From positions 1 to 20,564 of the forward strand of contig JBGAOA010000074.1 in the NCBI GenBank assembly GCA_044222065.1: 20,564 nucleotides of DNA, read 5' to 3'. Position numbers and translations under genes: made by a program. The notes below the pieces were generated by a model. It did not search any database. It was not told where the DNA came from and saw nothing but the letters and a program-made list of their open reading frames with translations. Position 1 is the first letter of the stretch; every line of letters starts with the position of its first letter. Below are positions 1 to 6,286 of this stretch, piece by piece. This stretch comes from Candidatus Eiseniibacteriota bacterium. GTDB lineage: Bacteria > Eisenbacteria > RBG-16-71-46.

Positions 1-2529
1 GTAGTCCGCCTGGCCCTGCAGCGGGTGTTCTTCGGTGCCGAGCTTCGAGATCGCGGGCGGCAGCGTGACCTTCGACGAGATGAACGACGCATTCGAGTTC
101 AACGAGAAGCCGCGCAGCGCCGGCGCGAAGCGCCCGAGCCCGACTCGTGCTTCCAGCTCGAGGCCCTGGTTGCGCCCGCCCGCGGAATTGCGCGGCTGCA
201 ACAGCAGCGGCGTCCCGCCGCGGATCGTCTGCTCGATCGGGTCGAAGAGCTTCTTGTAGAACACGCCGACCGCGAGCACCTCCGAGAGTCCCGGGAAGGC
301 CTCGATGCGCAGGTCGTAGTTCTCGAGCCGCGCGCGCTTCAGGTCCGGGTTGCCCATCACCATCATGCCGCCGATGTACTCGAGGAACGGCGTCGGTGAC
401 AGCTCGTTCAGGTCGGGGCGCGAGATCGTGCGGCTCGCGGCCATGCGCGCGTTGATCGCGTCGGTCACGCTCACCGTGAGGTTCACGGCCGGGAGCACGT
501 CGGTGTTCTCGAGCCGCCCGCGCTGCAGGACCGTCCCCGGCGCGAACAGCGCGAAGCTGCGCACGTCCTGGTCGCCCTTCTCGATCCGCACGCCGAGGTT
601 CGCGCGCACGCGCGGGCCGAACGGCACGTCGGCGCTCACGAAACCGGCCGTCGTGGTCTGGTCGGCTTCGTAGTTGTCGAGCCCGACGACGGGGTTGTTG
701 TACGTCACGTCCTGCACGTAGCCCGTCGCCGGAGAGCCGTCGAACGTGCTCGGCGAGAAGACCGAATCGGGCGACTGCTCGAGGTCCACGTTCGGGCTCG
801 CGAAGATCGAGAACCGCCGGTAGAAGTTGTCGCGCTTCTTCGACTGACGGTCGTAGCCGAGCGTGATCCGGCCCTTGCCGAGGCCGGCGAGCCGAAACGG
901 CGCCGAGGTCGTGAGCGTCACGCCGTCGCCGTCGTCGTGCAGGTCGCCGTAGTCGCGATTGCCGATGCCGTTCAGCACCCAGTGCGCCGTGTCGCCCTCG
1001 AACCAGTAGTAGCGGTTCCAGCTGATCTCGCGCCGGTCCGGCTGCTGGCGACGCGCCTGCGAGCGCGCGAGCTTCCAGTCCACGCTCGCACCGAACAGCC
1101 GCGCGAACTCGTGGCGGCCTTCGAGCGAGCCCGACAGCACCGTGCGCTGCACGTACAGGAAGCGCTGGTCGCGGCGCTGGAGCCACGTGTTCGTGATCGC
1201 CTCCGAGGTGTTGTGGTCGGCGCCCTCGTACACGCGGACTTCGTCCTCGGCGCTGTTGCTGTAGAGCCCGCGCAAGTGCAGCGAATGGCGCGGCGAGAGC
1301 CGGTAGCTCAGTCCGGCGAGCCCGCCGAGCTGCACGTTCTCGGTCCAGCGGGTCTGCCGGTAGTCGTAGAGCGTGTCGCCCGACAGGAAGTAGCGCTGCG
1401 ACTCCTCCTGCGTGTCGAACGAGCGCGCGAGGCTCCACGACTGAATGAGGCCGAGCGGGCGTCCGAACAGCTTCCACTCGTCGCCGTAGGTGAGCGCGTA
1501 GTTGCTGTTCGGCGCCGCGCGGTCGTTCGTTGCCGACCAGATGCCGTCGAACGCCCTCGCCGCGGCCCCGAGCTGGCCGCGCACCTGCGGTGTGGGGAAG
1601 AAGACGGGCAGCCTCGCGCCCGCGACCGCGTCCGGAACGTCGCGGAACGCCGAGCCGAAGCCGAACACGTCCGCACGCGTCGAGCGGTACGTGCGGCGGT
1701 TCTGGAACGTGACGCCCTCGGCGTAGCCCTGCGACAGCGACACGCTCCAGGTGCGGTGGCCCGGGAAGTCCTTCGTGCGCACCTGTACGTCGCCGCCGCC
1801 GAACTCGCCGGGCCGGTCCGTCGTGTAGGTCTTCTGCACGGTGATGTGATCGAGCAAATTCGCCGGCAGCAGGTCGAGCGGCACGACGCGTTTGTTCTGC
1901 TCGGGGCTCGCGATGCGCACGCCATCCACGTCGGTCGAGCTGTAGCGCTCGCCGAGCCCGCGTACGAAGACGTACTTGCCGTCGGCGACCGAGAGGCCGG
2001 TGACGCGCCGCAGGACTTCGGCCGCGTCCTTGTCGGGCGTGCGTCGCACCTGCTCGGCGCTCACCGCGTCGCCGAGCGACGCCGACTTGCGGCGCGCGGC
2101 GAGCAGCGAGGCCTCGGTGTTCGTCTTTGCCTTCGCCTCGACGACGATCTCCTTCTGCAGGATCGCCTCGGGCTCGAGCGCGGCGTCGAACGGCAATAGC
2201 TCGCCGGCGCGGATCACGAGCCCCGCGACGCGACGCTTCGCGTACGAGATCGCGCCGACCTCGAGCGTGTAGCGGCCCGCGGGCGCCTCGATCAGGAACG
2301 TACCGTCGGCGTTCGTCATGCCGCCCAGCCGGCGCATCGTCGTGTCGGCGGGCAGCAGCCGCAGATTCGCGAAACCGAGCGGCTCGCCGGTGTCGGTCGC
2401 GACGACGCGGCCGCCGATGCGGCCGGTGGTTTGCGCCGCGGCGATCGCGGCGCCGAACAGCGTGAGGGACGCGATCGCGAACGCGACCGCGGCGCGGCGG
2501 ACGGCGCGCGCACGAAGAGGAGAGTTCAT
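1..2529 (-). CDS. TonB-dependent receptor with N-terminal carboxypeptidase-regulatory-like domain (3' partial, runs off the window start)
   Basis: Translated by hand, absent from the ORF track because its stop lies outside the window. ATG at 2529 with AGGAGGT SD (2537-2543). Sequence: signal peptide MNSPLRARAVRRAAVAFAIASLTLFGAAIAAA-Q, then TTGRIGGRVVATDTGEPLGFAN..TNADGTF (CarboxypepD_reg-like), TonB-box-like EIVVEAK, plug motifs DAAEVLRRVTGLSVADGKYVFVRGLGERYSS and RVVPLDLLPANLLDHITVQKTYTTDRPGEFGGG, and barrel motifs VGVFYKKLFDPIEQ and HPLQGQADY at the window edge. Spot checks show the same frame throughout. Confidence 0.93.
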   Translation of the reverse strand, partial: MNSPLRARAVRRAAVAFAIASLTLFGAAIAAAQTTGRIGGRVVATDTGEPLGFANLRLLPADTTMRRLGGMTNADGTFLIEAPAGRYTLEVGAISYAKRRVAGLVIRAGELLPFDAALEPEAILQKEIVVEAKAKTNTEASLLAARRKSASLGDAVSAEQVRRTPDKDAAEVLRRVTGLSVADGKYVFVRGLGERYSSTDVDGVRIASPEQNKRVVPLDLLPANLLDHITVQKTYTTDRPGEFGGGDVQVRTKDFPGHRTWSVSLSQGYAEGVTFQNRRTYRSTRADVFGFGSAFRDVPDAVAGARLPVFFPTPQVRGQLGAAARAFDGIWSATNDRAAPNSNYALTYGDEWKLFGRPLGLIQSWSLARSFDTQEESQRYFLSGDTLYDYRQTRWTENVQLGGLAGLSYRLSPRHSLHLRGLYSNSAEDEVRVYEGADHNTSEAITNTWLQRRDQRFLYVQRTVLSGSLEGRHEFARLFGASVDWKLARSQARRQQPDRREISWNRYYWFEGDTAHWVLNGIGNRDYGDLHDDGDGVTLTTSAPFRLAGLGKGRITLGYDRQSKKRDNFYRRFSIFASPNVDLEQSPDSVFSPSTFDGSPATGYVQDVTYNNPVVGLDNYEADQTTTAGFVSADVPFGPRVRANLGVRIEKGDQDVRSFALFAPGTVLQRGRLENTDVLPAVNLTVSVTDAINARMAASRTISRPDLNELSPTPFLEYIGGMMVMGNPDLKRARLENYDLRIEAFPGLSEVLAVGVFYKKLFDPIEQTIRGGTPLLLQPRNSAGGRNQGLELEARVGLGRFAPALRGFSLNSNASFISSKVTLPPAISKLGTEEHPLQGQADY

Positions 2530-2578
2530 CGCATCGACCTCCTGGTGGAAGAAGGGGTCCCGGCTTCCCCGCCACAGG

Positions 2579-2628
2579 CGGAGCGTTGCGACGCTCCGGG
2601 CCCGGCGGCGTGCGGCCGCCGAGCCCGG
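2579..2628 (-). other. Two adjacent intergenic hairpins between the beta-helix gene and the TBDR gene
   Basis: CGGAGCGT-TGCG-ACGCTCCG (2579-2598) and CCGGGCCCGGCGGC-GTGCG-GCCGCCGAGCCCGG (2596-2628; one mismatch that is G-U on the minus strand). No U-tract. Confidence 0.55.
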
Positions 2629-2639
2629 GCGCGGGTCTT

Positions 2640-4412
2640 TCAGTTGAGGCGGGTCAGCTTTCCGGTCGAGCGCTCGTTGCCGGCGACGACCTTGTAGAAG
2701 TACATGCCGCTCGGCGTCTCGCGATTCAGGTTCCACGTCACGCTCTGCGGACCGGCGGGCCGCTCGCCGTTCACGAGCGTGTCCACTCGGCGGCCGTCGG
2801 CGGAGTAGATCTCGACCGAGACCGGCCCCGCCTTGGCGAGCGCGAACGAGAACGTCACCGAGTTGCGGAACGGATTCGGCGCGCCGCGCGCGACGAACAC
2901 GTTGCCTTCGCCGAGCGTCTCGACGCCGAGCGCGCCGGGGCACGCCACGGTCGGGGCCGCCGGCACCGCCGCGCAGTGCGCGTTCCACGTCGCGTCGTCC
3001 GATACGCGGATGCCCGTGGACTTGAAGTTCGTGACGATGGAATTGAGGATCGTGTACGCGGTGCCGCGGCGCAGCTCCGCGCCCTGCGTCGCGCCCGGGA
3101 AGTTCGCGCCCGTGCGCTTGTCGCCGACCAGCGTGAAGTTGCTCACGACCGGCCACGAGCGGCCCGAGCACTGCGTCTCGGTGAACACGAACTCGTTGTT
3201 GTCCGCCTCGATGCCGCGCTCGCCGACCTGACCGTTCGTCGAGGCCGGCGCCTTCTCGCCCGTCACGCGCACGATCACGAACTGCGCCTTCGTGCGCGAG
3301 CCCATCTGCGAGTCGTAGCCGTCGTCCGTGCCGTCGATGCCGATCAGGTGCTTCTGCGCGAGCGTGCCGCCGAACACCTCGAAGTCGTCGTCGGCGCAGC
3401 GGAACGCCTGCAGGTAGTCCGCGCGCGTGCCGGTGCCGGCGGCGCACCACATGAACGCGTTCAGCTCGTTGTTGGCGGTGATCTCCTTGCCCGAGAACTC
3501 GCAGCGCACGTAGCGCAGCGCGCCGGAGTTGTCGGCGTCGTTCGAGCCGCCGTAGAAGCCGACCGCGCCGCCCTCCGCCGACCCCGAGTCGCCCGCGCAC
3601 GAATTCACGATGTTCGTCTTCGCGCGGCCGAGGATGTTGATGCCGCCCCACTGGCCGCGAGCCTGCGATCCGGGGGGCGCGTTCGACGTGAACACGATCG
3701 GCTGGCAGGCGTTGCCCACGGCGTACAGGCGGCCGCCGCGATCCACCACCATCGTGCCGAGCGTGTTGATGTCACCGAACACGACGACGTCCGGCGCCAC
3801 GAACAGCACGCCGCCGTTCAGAACGCGGAACTGGTTCCGGATTTCGTAGTTGCTGTCGGCGCTCCAGAACAGCGTCGAGTTGAGCCGGATGTTGTCGTAC
3901 ACGGCGAGCGGCCGCGGATCCGGCATGCCCGCGAGGTGCAGGTCCTGGCGGTTCGCGCCGGTCGAGTCCCAGTACGTCCAGCCCTGCGTCCAGTCGTCGC
4001 CGAGGTTCGGACCGATCGCGCCCTTGTAGCAGACCGCTTCGAAGAAGCCGTCGTTCGGCACGCTCACCGCGCCGAGGAACGCGGGGCTACCGAGCGCGGG
4101 CTGGAAGTTCGGAATCGTGTTCGCGACGTACGGCGCGTTCGGCAGCAGCGGATCGGCGTAGGCGTTGTGCGTGTAGACGAGCGTGCCGAGCTTCGCCGCC
4201 GTGAGCGCCGGCGATTCGATCGGGCAGGTCGAGCCGGCCGTCGGCGCGCCGGTGAACTGGCCCGCGAGCGTGCCGGTAGCGTTGTTGTTGAAGAGGATGT
4301 TGCCGTCGAAGACGAGCTGCGCGGACGCGCCGCTCGCGGACAGGGCGATGAGGGCGAGGGCGGCGGACGCTGCGCCGAAGCGGCGGAGTCCGGGGTGGGG
4401 CGTGAGTCGCAT
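2640..4412 (-). CDS. Secreted beta-helix (pectin-lyase-like fold) protein with C-terminal FlgD-Ig/T9SS type-A-like sorting domain, 590 aa
   Basis: ATG at 4412 with GGGAGG SD (4417-4422). Signal peptide ends ASA-Q32. Family motifs PIVFTS, GQWGGINILG, EGG..YGG..DNSGALRYVRCEFSG, NELNA, DDDFEVFGGT, DDGYD, GIEADN. C-terminus PNPFRNSVTFSF..VEIYSADGRRVDTLVNG..PAG..VTWN...PSGMYFYKV...TGKLTRLN. Confidence 0.88.
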   Translation of the reverse strand: MRLTPHPGLRRFGAASAALALIALSASGASAQLVFDGNILFNNNATGTLAGQFTGAPTAGSTCPIESPALTAAKLGTLVYTHNAYADPLLPNAPYVANTIPNFQPALGSPAFLGAVSVPNDGFFEAVCYKGAIGPNLGDDWTQGWTYWDSTGANRQDLHLAGMPDPRPLAVYDNIRLNSTLFWSADSNYEIRNQFRVLNGGVLFVAPDVVVFGDINTLGTMVVDRGGRLYAVGNACQPIVFTSNAPPGSQARGQWGGINILGRAKTNIVNSCAGDSGSAEGGAVGFYGGSNDADNSGALRYVRCEFSGKEITANNELNAFMWCAAGTGTRADYLQAFRCADDDFEVFGGTLAQKHLIGIDGTDDGYDSQMGSRTKAQFVIVRVTGEKAPASTNGQVGERGIEADNNEFVFTETQCSGRSWPVVSNFTLVGDKRTGANFPGATQGAELRRGTAYTILNSIVTNFKSTGIRVSDDATWNAHCAAVPAAPTVACPGALGVETLGEGNVFVARGAPNPFRNSVTFSFALAKAGPVSVEIYSADGRRVDTLVNGERPAGPQSVTWNLNRETPSGMYFYKVVAGNERSTGKLTRLN

Positions 4413-4617
4413 CGTGCCTCCCGTGCGGGATGTCGAGATCGAGTCGCGAGCGAAGGGGTCCGCCCGTGAACCGCGCCGACGGCGAGCCAGGCCGAACGGA
4501 GCGGACGAGCGGGAACGGCCGGCGGACGGGTGAGTCGAATCGGGCGAACGAGGAGGCTGGGCGGGCACTTCGCGAACCGCTCCGAGCCGAATGCGACCGC
4601 GTCTGCGAACCGCGCGC

Positions 4618-4682
4618 ACCGTAGTGTGCGTGCCGCGACGGGGCGGTTAGTGCGGAGTGGCGGTCGGGTTAATTCGTGTTAC
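4618..4682 (-). promoter_or_regulatory. Putative PhoB/OmpR-family direct-repeat operator and -10 element for the beta-helix/TBDR operon
   Basis: Minus-strand half-sites GTAAC (4678-4682), TTAAC (4668-4672), GCCAC (4657-4661), CTAAC (4646-4650) and GTCGC (4635-4639), spaced 10,11,11,11 bp. Then 11 nt and TACGGT (4618-4623). The patch is locally AT-rich. Confidence 0.5.
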
Positions 4683-4699
4683 CGGGCGCGCGAGCGAAG

Positions 4700-4729
4700 T
4701 AGACTTCCGGCCACATCCCTCGGAAAGGA
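4700..4729 (+). promoter_or_regulatory. Putative -10 element and SD for the Ig/dockerin gene pair
   Basis: TAGACT at 4700-4705 and AAAGGA at 4724-4729 ahead of GTG 4737. No convincing -35. Confidence 0.35.
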
Positions 4730-4736
4730 CCCCGCC

Positions 4737-5432
4737 GTGAACGCTCGAACCCCTCGCTTCGCTCCTCGCTCGTCGTCCTTCGTGCGCTCCTTCGCCCTCC
4801 TGTCCCTGTCGTGCCTCGCGCTCTCGTGGCTGACGTCGGTCGCGAGCGCCGGCCTGCCGCCGGTCCCGAACATCACCTACCCGGCCTCGATTCGAATCGT
4901 CGGCCACTCGGGAGGCGTCCCCGATCCGTTCGGACGCTTCGAGGTCGTCGTGCGCGACCTCGTGAACCTGCCCGTGCCGAACGCCGACGTGCGGCTGGAT
5001 TTTTCGCAAGCGCTCGATGTCCGCCTGAGCGCCACCGTCTCGACTCCGGGTGTGATCACGAACTGCGCGCAGCGCACCGTCAGCGCCATCACCGATGCCG
5101 ATGGCAAGGCCGTGTTCACGATCGCGGGTGCGAGCACCAGCGCACCGGCGCAGTGCCTGACGAGCGGATCCACCTGCTTCGGCACGGCGACCGTGTACGC
5201 GGACGGGGTTCTCGCCGGAACGACGCGCGTTGCCGTCCTCGATCTCGACGGCGCGAGCGGCATGGGCGGCGCCGATCTCGCGGCGTGGCTCGACGACTTC
5301 TCGACCGGGCTCAACCCGACGCGCTCCGACCTGGACGGCAACGACACGGTCGGCGGCGCGGATCTTTCGATCTGGCTGAGCGTCTTCGGCGCCGGCGGCT
5401 CGATGGACTCCGCGTCGCCGTTCTGTCCGTAG
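4737..5432 (+). CDS. Secreted Ig-like (Big-1-like) + dockerin-like Ca-binding protein, paralog 1, 231 aa
   Basis: GTG 4737 after SD. Signal peptide ..LALSWLTSVASA-G. Ig-like motifs FEVVVRDLVNLPVPNADVRLDF and TDADGKAVFTI. Two Ca-loop/helix repeats DLDGASGMGGADLAAWLDDF and DLDGNDTVGGADLSIWLSVF. Ends in CP. Confidence 0.82.
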   Translation: MNARTPRFAPRSSSFVRSFALLSLSCLALSWLTSVASAGLPPVPNITYPASIRIVGHSGGVPDPFGRFEVVVRDLVNLPVPNADVRLDFSQALDVRLSATVSTPGVITNCAQRTVSAITDADGKAVFTIAGASTSAPAQCLTSGSTCFGTATVYADGVLAGTTRVAVLDLDGASGMGGADLAAWLDDFSTGLNPTRSDLDGNDTVGGADLSIWLSVFGAGGSMDSASPFCP

Positions 5433-5526
5433 CGAACTCGGAACGAACCGCGCCGAAGGTGTCGGGGTAGGACGGCTCTCGCGCGCCGCGGATCGCGTCA
5501 CGGCCGCGCCAGGGGAGGGACGTTCC

Positions 5527-6207
5527 GTGCCGACACCCCGCCGTCCGAATCGCGCGCGCCCGGCGCCGCGCTGTCTCTTGATCGCGGCGCTGGTCGTGTC
5601 GTCCGTCGCGGCGACCGACGCTCGCGCCTGCGTGCCGTCGATCGCCAATTCGGAGACGCCGGCGTTGATCCTCCTCGTCGGGCACGCCGCGGGAACGCCG
5701 GACCCGCTCGGCGAGTTCGTCGTCGTCGTGCGCGACTGCGCGAACTACCCGGTCGCGAACGCGACGGTGCTCATCGACTTCTCGCAGGATCCGGACGCGC
5801 GGCTCGCGAGCGGCGTCGGGACGCCGGGCATGACCGTGGACTGCGTGAATCGCGTCGTGCGGCAGACCACGGACGCGAACGGCCGGGCGACGTTCCGCAT
5901 CGTCGGGGCCGCGTCCGGGCTCGTACCGAGCTGCTACGAGGCGGGGGCGTGCGCCGGCCGGGTCGACCTCTACGCCGACGGCGTGAGGCTCCGGCAGCCG
6001 CGAGTCGCGTCGTTCGACTTCGACGGCTCCGGGGGTGTCGCGGGCGCGGATCTCGCGCTGTGGCTCGACGACTTCGCGGGCGGGCTCGACCCCGCGCGCG
6101 CCGACTACGATGGCGACGGCGCCGTCGGCGGCGCCGATCTGGCGGCCTGGCTCGAGGCGTACGGCGCCGGAGGTTCGGGGCAATCGGGCCCGATCCCCTG
6201 TCCGTAA
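5527..6207 (+). CDS. Secreted Ig-like (Big-1-like) + dockerin-like Ca-binding protein, paralog 2, 226 aa
   Basis: GTG 5527 after GGGGAGGGA. Signal peptide ..VAATDARA-C. Colinear with paralog 1 (FVVVVRDCANYPVANATVLIDFSQ, TDANGRATFRI, DFDGSGGVAGADLALWLDDF, DYDGDGAVGGADLAAWL). Ends in CP. Confidence 0.85.
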   Translation: MPTPRRPNRARPAPRCLLIAALVVSSVAATDARACVPSIANSETPALILLVGHAAGTPDPLGEFVVVVRDCANYPVANATVLIDFSQDPDARLASGVGTPGMTVDCVNRVVRQTTDANGRATFRIVGAASGLVPSCYEAGACAGRVDLYADGVRLRQPRVASFDFDGSGGVAGADLALWLDDFAGGLDPARADYDGDGAVGGADLAAWLEAYGAGGSGQSGPIPCP

Positions 6208-6218
6208 CCTCAACGCGC

Positions 6219-6263
6219 GAACGACGACGGCGGCGCGGTTTCCCGCGCCGCCGTTCCTCGTTC
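6219..6263. terminator. Hairpin between convergent genes, probable bidirectional terminator
   Basis: ACGGCGGCGCGG (6227-6238)-TTTC-CCGCGCCGCCGT (6243-6254), a perfect 12-bp stem with a GAAA loop on the minus strand. Extendable by GAACGA/TCGTTC. Confidence 0.7.
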
Positions 6264-6286
6264 CGGAGTGCCGGGCCGTGTCGCCG

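Noticed and set aside
937..4469. Long + strand ORFs 937-2199 and 2586-4469
   Set aside because: Antisense shadows of the TBDR and beta-helix genes. Arg/Ala/Val-rich with no motifs, as expected at this GC content.
5600..5640. Lipobox in paralog 2 (DARA-C)
   Set aside because: Charged residues before Cys do not fit [LVI][ASTVI][GAS]C. A-R-A fits SPase I, and the Cys probably pairs with the paralog-specific RDC cysteine.
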